A stretch of DNA of 63,852 nt, counting the filler, from Reticulomyxa filosa (Eukaryota; Protista; Foraminifera): assembly GCA_000512085.1 (NCBI GenBank). It is 20 parts of 20 records of this genome, joined end to end, with 100 filler letters (N's around TTAATTAATTAA, not from the genome) between each part and the next. Parts side by side here need not be neighbours in the genome. Positions count along the whole stretch, not along the records: positions 39,544 to 44,518 come from ASPP01003785.1; positions 44,619 to 48,182 come from ASPP01009728.1; positions 48,283 to 49,304 come from ASPP01029071.1; positions 49,405 to 50,413 come from ASPP01044630.1; positions 50,514 to 52,431 come from ASPP01008204.1; 15 more parts are not named here. One strand, 5' to 3'. This document shows positions 39,631-51,138 of the stretch, piece after piece. The position numbers and the translations under genes are program-made. The notes below the pieces were generated by a model. That model was not told the DNA's origin, did not search any database, and was given only the letters and a program-made list of their open reading frames with translations. Position 1 is the first letter of the stretch. The number at the start of each line of letters is the position of its first letter.

Positions 39631-40102
39631 CTGTAATTCCATACATCAGGATGACGATAGGGGTGGTCACTTGGGGCGACTTGGCTTGTGGCTCCACTTG
39701 GACACCTTTGGGAAAGCGCCAAAACAAAGGAACTTTCTGTCCATCACTCAAGGCGAGCAATTCGACCTCGTCAAATTTGATAAATTTCCTGTTCCATTTG
39801 GATTCGAAGATGTAACAGAACAATTGCATGTAACCACCAAAACCTACCACTGGCGGGTAGTAGATCTTGTCCAATAGCTTACACGACTTGATCAATGGCG
39901 TGGTTGTCTCATTCTTGTAGTAGGTCAGCTTTGGCTTATGTGCCACGCGGAACCAGTAATACAATACATACGCCAGCACCCACGCCAATGCCAACTTATA
40001 CCAACGTCTTGACGTCGCATCCGAAGAAGTTTTTTGGCCAACAAGCAAGCTTACCACGTTCTTAGGTAAGAAGCGTTCCAAATAGTCTTGCATGCTGCTC
40101 AT
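39631..40102 (-). CDS. ABHD1/2/3 (YheT-like) alpha/beta hydrolase, 5' exon
   Basis: N-terminal TM anchor, YYPP..GGYMQ, ELLALSDGQKVPLFW, PIVILMYGITG. Confidence 0.8.
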
Positions 40103-40452
40103 CTTTTGTTTTTTCACATTATGCAACAAAAAAAAGACCCTTCCACATTCTATATGGCATTACTTAAATTTCCGGAAACTTTCGTTGCATGCTACTTGTG
40201 TGACAAATAAAAGCTTGAAGAAGTGAAAATGAGGCATTACTAATGTCTTGGTATTCGTGTTTATAATTAAAAAAAGATTGTACAATAAAATTTAAAACAA
40301 AAAATACGATTGGAAAAGTATTGTCACTTTCAGGGAGACGTCACTACAAGCAGGTTTTTTTAACAGAGCCATTTTTATACTTAAAAAAAAATTTAAGAAA
40401 AGTTTTGTGCAAGTATAATCAATAATCAAAGCAAAGGAACCAAACATCAAAG

Positions 40453-42643
40453 ATGAGTAGGGCTGAGGATGAAAAACAATATCAAACCGAACTGCTTTCA
40501 GTTCCATTTGAACTTCAGTCATGTTTTGACAAGAACTGGGTTTTGCAGTTAAACGAACCGGAACAAGTTAATAATTTTATTTGTACAGTTTGTAAGCAAG
40601 TGGCCAACAATCCGGTTGAGATCAATTGTCCCCAACATGAAGATTTAGACACAAAATTGATTGCAGGTGAGAATTGTTTGAAGCAATTCCTAGTCAAAAG
40701 CAACAATATGTGTCCAACTCAATCTCATGATGGCTGTAGTTATACTAAAAACAAATTGGCACAACAAAGCATTGAGGGTTTAACTGTGAAATGTCCAAGA
40801 CAATTCCAGCAATGTCTGAATGTATCTGGAAGAAATAAGGAAGGGCAATCATTTGAAAATATGACAGTGATATGCGACTTCAAAGGGCAAATAAAGGATT
40901 TGAATAATCATTTGAATGAAGCATGTGAGTTGGAATTGTCGGAATGTTGGTTTAAATTTTTTGGATGCAATCATATTTGTCCAAAATATAAATTAGAGAA
41001 TCACCTGATTTCAATGATGAAAGAGCATTTCGATTTAGTGATGAAAGCATCTGCAGTGATGCATCAAACCATCCAAAAACTACGAGTTAGATCTGTTTGT
41101 TTTTGTTTTTTTACTCGAATATTTACAAAATTATATAACCATATACATATATGTATATATGTATATTATTTGCACAAATAGGAAATAGCAGAGCAATTAC
41201 AACGGGAACATGAAAGACTAAAGTCAGTAACTCAAGTGAGCGAAAAGAGACAACAAGAAGCAATTTTAAAACTATTTAACGAGAATTATCTTTTGAAGCA
41301 ACAATTGCTGCAACAACAGCAACATTTACAAGCTTCTAATAATTACCAGGTATGCTGTACATAATGATTAACAAATATATACCTCATGACAACGCATATC
41401 TTCAATAGGAAACTCTTGTTCATCAGCTTGAAAAATTGAAACAAGAAATACAAAGTCAAGAAGGAATAATATTGGAAAAAGATAACAAAGATAACGAAGA
41501 AAAAGACGAAAAAGAAAGAGAAGGAGACAAAATGCAATTGAAGTCCGCAAACAAAAAATCAAATACTCCAAGTTTTGATGTATTTCGTTTGGCTTCATTA
41601 ATCAAAACTTTTAGAGGGCATTTCAGTTATGTATACAGTATTGATCATTCAACATCCGATGGTGGCCGATTTCTTTGTTCTGGATCAAATGATAAAACAG
41701 TTCGTGTATGGCATGTAGAAATCGCAAAACAAATGTATTCATTTAAAGAACATTTAGGTGCTGTAAATTGTGTAAAATTTTCACCATATCATTATCATCA
41801 TCATCATTATCGTAATGTCGTTTGTTCTTCATCAGCAGATCGAACTATTCGTTTTTGGAATATCGGTCATAAAAAATCATTCAAAGTATTAAATGGACAC
41901 AAGAACGATGTGAATGGTATTGCATTTTCATCATTTGATGGTGGTCGATATTTGTGCTCTGGGTCACATGACAATACAATTCGTTTATGGAATGTTGAAA
42001 CATTTAAATCATTACAAGTTCTAAATGGACATACAAATACTGTTTGGTGCGTGGCATTCTCTCCATTGCGAAATGGTAATAACAATGCTAGCAAAAGTGA
42101 GAATATTTTTGTGATTGGTGGTAATGGATATACTATTTGTTCTGGATCGTATGACAATACTATCCGTTTATGGGATGCTGAAACAACCAAACAATTGATG
42201 ATATTCGAAGGTCATCACAATGCAGTGCTTGATGTAAAATATGGAACAAGTGGACCAGGAGCTGCAAATACAATATTATCTGGATCTGCAGATGGAAGTA
42301 TTCGTTTATGGGACATCCGATCTAATCGACAAACTCAAGTGTTTAATGGGCATGGAAACTGGGTAACTTGTGTCGAATTTTCACCATTTACAAATAGTAG
42401 TGAATTTGGTAATTCAACTGTATTGTGTTCTGGCTCAATGGATAACACAATTCGTTTTTGGGACATTCGATCAAATAAAAGTGAACTGTATGTAATCAAA
42501 GGACATACCAAAGATGATTCAATATTATGTCTTAAATTTGTATCATTTAAATGGGAAGGGAATACAAAGGAAAGAAAGTACGATGGTGGCTGCTTCAAGT
42601 TGTATTATGGTTCTTACCTTGGCCTATTCACGTTTGGGGATAA
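40453..42643 (+). CDS. RING/TRAF-like zinc finger, coiled coil and WD40 protein of the expanded family; 3 exons
   Basis: Exons 40453-41085, 41182-41349 and 41409-42643. CxxC..CPQH..GENCL..CP..HDGC, CPRQF, CDFKG, CWFKFFGCNH, then ~6 WD repeats. One missing C at ~42623 restores the family terminus GPIHVWG* (TAA 42641-42643). Confidence 0.85.
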
Positions 42644-43329
42644 GATTTTTTTTTCAGATTTTTGAAATTTAAGAAAGTAGGACATAACTTTGTATTATCT
42701 GACTGAATCGATCAATAGAGTTCGTTTTTTTGCTGAAATTGGAGCGCTCTGAAAATATTTTTAAAATAATTTTTCGCATTTTTATTTAGTACTATAGTCG
42801 ATGTCTTGACTGCAAAATTTTGATATACTGAATGTAATTGTAGAGACGTCGCAAAACACAGAGAAAACAAAAAAACTTATTTTTGGAAAACGAGGAGTAA
42901 TTTTACATTTCATAAACCAATTATTTTGTCACAAGATATTGCACTCGTTTATCTATCTGATGAAACTTGTATACTGAGTGTATCATTTGAATAACCTTTC
43001 TTTTTTTTTGTTTCAGAATTGACTCCCATAATCGTAATGTTTTATCAATTCAATATTACTATCACTTAAAGAAAATTTCATATCCCATCCTTTTTGTTTG
43101 TATTAACATATCTCGTTATTTGTTCTCTTGTCTCCAAAAGTTTAGCAAAAAAAACCTTTAAATGAAAAAGGGTACAAAATTCAACGTTCGTATTTAATCT
43201 ACAAGAATACTTGCCATACTTCTGCTACAAATAAAAAATAAAATAATAACTACTATAACACTAAAATTGGTAAATCTCGCATTTTAGGAAGATTTTTTGC
43301 TTGTCAAACCAACGTGACCTGGTGAACTG

Positions 43330-44398
43330 ATGAATCAACAAAAAAAGAAAGAGGAAGAAATAAAAATAGTAATTAGAAATTGGCTTCAAACTCTGGAAGT
43401 GCAAATTGGATGGATTGACGATTTTGACAAAATTGTTGCCAAATATGTTAAAAATTTTTCTTTTTTCCAAGTTCAACTGAGAGTATTTTTTTGTTATTGT
43501 TACTTATCTAAAATAGTGCAAAGATTTTGAAGTGATAAAAGTTTTAGAAGGACATATGGGCGATGTAAATAGTGTAAGATTTTCACGAGATGGAAAGATG
43601 ATTGTTTCATCATCAAATGATGAAACAGTTCGAATATGGAATGTTGAGTCAGGTAAACAAATTCAAATCCTCAGAGGACATTCAGATTGGGTCAATGTTG
43701 CAGTATTTTCACCAAATGGAAAGACTGTTGCTTCATGTGCGGATGATAGAACAATTCGATTGTGGGATATAACATCAGGAAAAGAATTAAGGAAATTTGA
43801 AAAAAAAGCATACACAGTAAATTTAAATTTTTCCCCTGATGGTAAAACCATTGCGTCGGGTTCAACAGACGGAACAATACAATTATGGGATGTAAATAGT
43901 GAAAAAGAGATTAAAAAATTGTTAGGACATTCAGATACTGTACGAAGTGTACAATACTCATCAGATGGCCAAATGATTGTATCATCATCTAAAGATGATA
44001 CAATTTGTATATGGAATATAAAATCAGGCAAAAGGTTAAAAGAATTAAAAGGACATACGGATACTGTAGAAAATGTAAACTTTTCCCCAAATAATCAATT
44101 TATTGTTTCATGTTCATATGATAATACAATTCGAATATGGGATGTAAAATCAGGAAACCAATTGAAAATATTGAAAGGACATAAAAGTGATGTAAATGAT
44201 GTAAAATATTTTCCAGATGGTTCAACTATTGTGTCATGTTCAGATGATGAAACAATTTGTTTATGGGATGTAAACTCAGGACAAAAAATACAAGAATTAA
44301 AAGGATGTTCTAAGCGTATATTAGGAATTGATATTTCACCAAATGGCAATATAATAGCATCAGGCTCTAGAGATCGTATAATTCGAATTTGGGGATAA
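43330..44398 (+). CDS. WD40 beta-propeller (7 repeats) with short EEEI..W..GWI.DFDKIV leader; 2 exons
   Basis: Exons 43330-43446 and 43517-44398; seven GH...WD/WN repeats ending IRIWG*. Confidence 0.9.
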
Positions 44399-44683
44399 AA
44401 ATAAATAAAAAAATCTAATTTGATTATTTTATGAATTGATAACTTTTTGTTAGTTGTTTAAAAAAGAAAAAAGAAAAAAAATGAAGATATTGATGTTATA
44501 TCTATTTAATTGAAATAANNNNNNNNNNNNNNNNNNNNNNNNNNNNNNNNNNNNNNNNNNNNTTAATTAATTAANNNNNNNNNNNNNNNNNNNNNNNNNN
44601 NNNNNNNNNNNNNNNNNNCTAACGTTTTTTTTTTTTTTTTTTTTTAAAATAAAAAAAAAATGAATTTTAAAAAAAATGGTCAG

Positions 44684-47600
44684 CATTGGGACCAAATGCT
44701 TGTTGTATCCACGGAGATGTGCGATTTCCAACATGGCATCGTCTGTTGTTGGTGCAGTTTGAGAACGCATTGCGGCGATGGAACTTGAGCGTGGCAATAC
44801 CGTATTGGAACTGGGCCAACTCATCGCTTGGTGGTTTCCCGGATTTGGTGACACGTGTAAACTTCACCGACCCAGAGACGCAAATTACGTATAAAAACCC
44901 GTGGTGGAACTATCGCATTCCAGATTACACGGTGCAACGTGGGGAAGCGTTTAACCCAAACAACACGTGCAAATACGTTTGTCGAAATCCTCAGCCAGAA
45001 CTATTCGAATACACACGCCCAAACAATTTCCCTGTGTCATTTTACAGACAACTGCTGCAATCGTATGAGTATGATAACTGGATCGTTTTCGACTTTATGT
45101 TTAGTTTATTTAAACAAAAAAAAAAAAAAAAACAACTCATAAATAATAAACTGTAATGCATTTATTATACATGTACTAAATGTTATTTACTTTACGTATA
45201 TATATATGTGTACATGTATATATTTTTTGAATCTTCTCTCTCATTCTTAATATGTGATTTTAATTGTTTAACCATAAATACAATTTTTTTTTTTAAAAAA
45301 AAAAAAAAAGGTTTGAAATACCACACAACAACGTACACAACTTGATTGGTGCGACAATCTTGGACTTACTGACGGCGACCTTTGATCCCTTGTTTATGCT
45401 GCACCACATGGGCGTGGAGAGATACTTTTTGATTTGGCAACAACTGACCGAGTATCGCAACATAAGCTACCGTCCAAACTCAACACAAATCAACGAGTAC
45501 TTAGGGTGCTTTGTGGAAAAGTTCCACATGGGCGATCGTCTGATGCCATTCAATGGGAGCAGTGGGCAAAACTACGACCCGACCACCAGCAAGTTCGGGT
45601 ATAGTTCGTTCGACACAATGAACTGGGATCAAATGCATTACTCTTACAATCCCTATCCGGAAGCTTTCTTTGGGCCTTTCAAAGACGTTGCGGAGTTGGC
45701 CAATTTCTTGCATGCCCAAAAGTATGAGTCGGAGAGGTTATACTTGGGTTGGTACTTACCCGATTTGCCGTTTACGTATCGCATCCACTACGCTGCAAAG
45801 AAATACGGTACCAACACTGTTATTGTTAATGGATCGTTTGCCAAACTCGGCTCGTCCCCGACCGTGGCAGGTCTAAACAAGTTTTTATTCCGTGTCGACA
45901 TCACCGAGGCCATGAACTCATCCGGACTTGCCTTGGACAACCTCGTCGAAGTTGACGTCTTTGTTACCAGCGACAAAGACAGCAACACACCTGCTGTCAT
46001 CATTCCTCACCCGGCCATCATTTATCGCTCCGATGGACAAGAGGTCTTCCGTCTCTTTTGGGGACCTGAGTACTTCAATATCAGTACTGGCGAAGACATT
46101 CGAATCATCTTAGGTTCTCTTTGTGCATGCTCATGTTTTTCCAAAAAAAAAAAAAAAAAAGAAGGGGAAGTTCAAAACATTCTTTGATGCAAGTTATACG
46201 TAGCATGAAGTTTTTTTTTTAAAAAAACCAGTAACAATAGTATTGCTAAATTAATAAATAAATTGAATATTTTTTTTAAATAGGAACCGAGGTAACGCGC
46301 ACCTCACAAACCAGTCAAGGCCAACAAGGCCTACAACTGATCAAAAAAACTGAAAAACAGACTTCGGTGATTTTGGGCAACCAATTCAGTAACGTGTTGC
46401 GCGTCGACCAAAACGAACTAGTGTTCACACAAACCACTATCGGAAACGCTGTCAATGTGTCGGTGTCCACACTAGTATTCAACAGCAACGTTGTGACTCA
46501 GTCGTTTTACAGTGACGAAGAGCAGGTCGACTACGGCCCAACCATCCTCACGCAAGAGGGGCCAAACATTTTCCAAATCGCCGACTTGAAAACGCAGATC
46601 CACATTTATGCCGATCAAATCGCTTCGCAGGGTTTCCATGGGACTATTTTCACCAACTCTACTGCGCAATTCAGAAGCACCGAACTTGGCCACGTAATCA
46701 AAAAAAAAAAGTGTTTCAAAAACGTAAAGATTCAACCCCTTTTTTTTTTTTTTTTAAAAAAAAAAAAACAACAATGAAATAGGCGGTAGTGCCTCTCGAC
46801 AGAGAGTTGCTAAAGTATGACCACGAGCTGTACGGAAACGTGTTTATATCGTATAATTTGGAAGAGGTGGACTTTGTATCGTGCGGGAACTCGTCATTGA
46901 TTGGGTGTCTGGTGAATGATGAGACGAGTTGGAACGATTGTAATGTGGGCGATCAGTGCTTTGGTAGCTTTCCGATTATTGACAAAGCAGGGATCCGGTA
47001 CTTTGTGGCCAACAACAAAACTCTGTGCGAAATGGGCATGAAGATTGCGTTTAATGCGCAATATGTAACGGCAGTATCGAACGCGACCAGCACGGCTTGT
47101 AAGAATCTCGGCATTCCACACAACGCACGATGGACTAGTCATGTGATTGACTCTGCAGGCGCAAACGTGCAGTTTGGCCTATCGCTCGGTGGGAAACAAT
47201 GTGAGGCGTCGTATTGGATTGAGGGCCCTGTCGATAAAGGCTGGTTCGCTGTTGCATTGTTTGGTCCTTATCATTTTATTGGGAGCAGCGCCACGCAAAT
47301 GCAAGGCTTGTCCATTGTTGCCACAAACACCGGCAACTCGTGGTCGTTTGCGCTGTACCTTTTGCAAGGATCTGGACAACATAGCATCAGTGAACTTCTC
47401 ATTTGCGATCAACAGGTCGTCAATGGTCGTATCCGCGCCAATTGCTCCAGCACACTGATCCCAGAACGAACTGTACCTATTTTCGCTGACAAATTCTTGG
47501 ACTACATGCCATTAAACTTCCCGAAACTTGAACCTGATGTTTCTTACTACTATCTTACTGCGTGGAGAAATTATTCTGATCCTGGTTTGTTTGTTTTTTT

Positions 47601-47814
47601 TGCCAAAGGGGAGGGCATTCGGTATGAAATAAAATTTTGTTGGATGCTTTAATGTTGTTGCAAAAACTATATAGGGTTCAGTCAGAGACATGATAAATAC
47701 TTTATTGGAGGCACTTATCAATTCACTTCGGAAATATCCGGCGCTGTCTCCTTCGTTGCTCAGCCAAAACTTTTGGTTTTTATTCTGTGCTTGTTTTGGT
47801 GGGCTATCTTCTAG
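44684..47814 (+). CDS. Type-3 copper protein (molluscan hemocyanin/tyrosinase-like unit) plus cupredoxin-like, DOMON-like and GPI-signal-like tail; 5' partial, at least 5 exons
   Basis: Exons 44684-45098, 45311-46113, 46284-46693, 46783-47584 and 47675-47814. CuA ACCIHG..FPTWHRLLLVQFENAL..IPYWNW; CuB FEIPHNNVH..FDPLFMLHH..VERYFLIWQ; beta-sandwich GSFAKLG..LFRVDITEAM..PHPAII; RYFVANNKTLCEMGMKI; GWFAVA..QMQG..QRHD; terminus SEISGAVSFVAQPKLLVFILCLFWWAIF*. Confidence 0.85.
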
Positions 47815-49404
47815 AACAAACATAGCGATGATGAGGGAAAGGGAAAAGGATGGAGAAAATGGAGGAGGGAAAGGGGAAATAATGCATATAACACCTTCAT
47901 TTTGTGGTTTACGGCAAGTATACTTGTACATTTGCTTTTTGTAAGTTCCTTTTTTATTGTTTGATATCATTCAATTACTTTTTTTGACCCAAAAACACAA
48001 TGCAACATAACTTGCAATTTTTGTTTGCATTTCGCCAGCACGGACTATGTTCCCTCAGAAAGGAGTTTGATTTTTGCAAGAAGAAACAAAAAGTGTGGAT
48101 GGACATCAATGACATCCGAAATGTACGAAATAATACATTAGGTTGCAAAGAAAACTGAACGTATAAAACATATCTTATGATGNNNNNNNNNNNNNNNNNN
48201 NNNNNNNNNNNNNNNNNNNNNNNNNNTTAATTAATTAANNNNNNNNNNNNNNNNNNNNNNNNNNNNNNNNNNNNNNNNNNNNAACAAAAGTTATATTTTT
48301 TATCAATAATTCTTCAGAAATATAGTCTTACAGAATTATTTCATCACTCAAATATGATTTTTAAATTTGTAAATTTTTCTGTTTGAGATTTTATCTTTTG
48401 ATAACATATAACTGACAAAAGTATTTACAAAACAGAGCAATATCGAATTGTATTTCATAGAGAATAAATAAAGAACACAAAAAGTTTATTTATGAAAATT
48501 GATTGAATGAATATTTTTTTTTTACTGATTGATATCAAATTGTCAGATATTGATTAATATGATGTACAAAATTTAGTTTCGCCTTTCAAAGCAGCAAAAA
48601 GAATAGTTAAAATATTGCAAATGCGAACCAGTTTAAAAAAAAACGGGGAAATGGAGGCGTATGTATTGAAAAAGAGTTTGGACTTATTACAGATGGATAC
48701 CTTATCCTTAACAATGCGTTACTCGTTATTGAGAGACAGGCATTTAGCCTTGGAAAAGTATTGGCTCGTTCGACATGGCAAAGGCAAAGCGAAAACCAAG
48801 AAACTAGGTTGTCACACACCATTTTGCTGTCACTATTGCAGCAGCCAGAGTGACAAACACAACATTAGCGAACAACTGAGACAAGCAAAGATCTCCGTAA
48901 ACACAAGACTAGATGCATATACCAATATCAACAATATTTCTATTCTCAGCACAGACACCAAAGATAGCAAGAATAATAATCCGAGTGAAACGATGAACAA
49001 AGAGCCAGTGTAATTATTGTAGCAGCTGTTGGATATAACTGTATTACAAAACAGTCACTATTTACCAAGTATTTCTACGAAAATGGCTTTGACTGCTATA
49101 CTATCTATCATTACACATCCACTACGTCTTAATATACATTACAATAATCATTGTCATTATACTTATTAATGCAGCTGCAACGACCTCTTTACTTATCAAT
49201 TGAAATGCTAACACAGTCATACGTTGCCATGAATTTGGAATATTTTATTTTATCAACTCACTATTGTTCAATATTTACTGCAATCCAAGAGAAAAAGAAC
49301 AATCNNNNNNNNNNNNNNNNNNNNNNNNNNNNNNNNNNNNNNNNNNNNTTAATTAATTAANNNNNNNNNNNNNNNNNNNNNNNNNNNNNNNNNNNNNNNN
49401 NNNN

Positions 49405-49473
49405 AGTAAAACAAATGATGAGAATAAATTAAAAAGTGATAGTTCAATCAAAGGCCCAATTTATGTTTGGGAT
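49405..49473 (+). pseudogene. Degenerate 3' end of a WD40-family gene
   Basis: agttcaatcaaaggcccaatttatgtttgggataa = SSIKGPIYVW.., a variant of the GPIRIWG* terminus, convergent on the gene at 50086. Confidence 0.5.
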
Positions 49474-50085
49474 AAAAATATGTAAATAAAGCTTTTTGAT
49501 TTATCTTTTTTAAGATATCATATTACCAAAAACGTAAATATTGAATGTAAACGGATTCTTAAAATAATACTTTTTCGACATCTTTGTTTTTAGATTGATA
49601 TAAATGGATATAGAATGTGATATCGTGAAAGATATATAGATAGAGCTATCTTAAGATGGACTATTCCTGAGATTAAAAGGGTCTTTTTATCTGATTGCAT
49701 TCTTTTGAGTTGTTGATCATCATATCTTGCTTCAGGAGAAAATGTTGTTTTTGATAATGCACAATGATGCCCTTTTTTTTTTTATCCTGTTTTAAGTGTT
49801 CGATACCATACAAAAAAACAATTTAAAAATTAGTAGTGAAGAAAACGCAATACTAAAAATATTTTGCAACTTATTTTGATATTTGATACAAGTCTTATTG
49901 GTTATGCTTTTCAATTCTTTAAAAAACATCGAATACAACTTTTTCAATTTTTTTAAACAACAAAATAAAATAAAATATATCGTTCAATGCTTGCATTCGA
50001 TCAAATCAAGCAAGTTTGATATCACCTTACTTTAATCAAAGTTTTTTTAAAAAAATTTTATTTCTTATCCGACAAAAAAAGTAAA

Positions 50086-50413
50086 TTATCCCCAAATACG
50101 AATAGGACCATTTTCTGAACCATAACACAAATTCAAACCATATGTAACATTCTTTGTATCATTTTTCTTTTTCAATGCAATAAATTTAAGACAATATATT
50201 CCATTATATTCTTTATTATCTCCTTTAATCATATACAGCTCATTTTTATTTGATCGAATATCCCAAAAACGAATTGTATTATCACTTGATCCAGAACAGA
50301 TCACATTTGAAACACCATTACTATTCTTTATCACAAATGGTGAATATTCAACAGACAATACTTGCATCATATGTCCATTGAACATTTGAATTTGTTTACC
50401 AGATCGAATATCC
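50086..50413 (-). CDS. WD40 family protein, 3' fragment
   Basis: DIRSGKQIQMFNGH..ICSGSSDNTIRFWDIRSNK..LCYGSENGPIRIWG*; paralog of 41409-42643 and 59895-60282. Confidence 0.85.
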
Positions 50414-50513
50414 NNNNNNNNNNNNNNNNNNNNNNNNNNNNNNNNNNNNNNNNNNNNTTAATTAATTAANNNNNNNNNNNNNNNNNNNNNNNNNNNNNNN
50501 NNNNNNNNNNNNN

Positions 50514-51099
50514 ATATAGATGGTAATGATAATAAAAGCAAGAAATATTTGATTGTGAAAACATATTATTGAATTTTTAGAAGAAGAAGAAGAAAAATTT
50601 TATCAAAAAAATTATGATAATTCAAGGAAAATCAGGATCAGGAAAAAGTTTATTTTGTAGACATTTAGAAGAAATATTATGGAATAAATATAAATCTAAT
50701 TCACAAAATTATATTCCTATTTATATTTCATTACCAAAAATTTATCATAAAGAAAATGAAAAAGATATTATTTTACAATTTTTACAAAGTAAAAATATTA
50801 CTAAAGAAACTATAAATTCAATTCGTGAAAAAATATCATTTATATTTATTATGGATGGATTTGATGAAATATATGATTTTTATCGTAAAAATAATCATGA
50901 ACAATATTTTTATAATCGTTTTAATTTAAATCAATGGAATGCAAAAATAATTATTACATGTAGAAGTAATGTATTAAATGATGAAGATATTAATAATAGT
51001 TTAATTAATATAAATAAAAATCAAAATATAATAACATCAATGATATATTTATGGCCATTTACAAAACAACAAATGCATAATTATATAGAAAAATTTGTA

Positions 51100-51138
<39 letters not shown>

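Noticed and set aside
47690-47944. 84-aa ORF as the last exon of the copper protein
   Set aside because: Splice phase from 47584 selects a different frame, ending at TAG 47812-47814.
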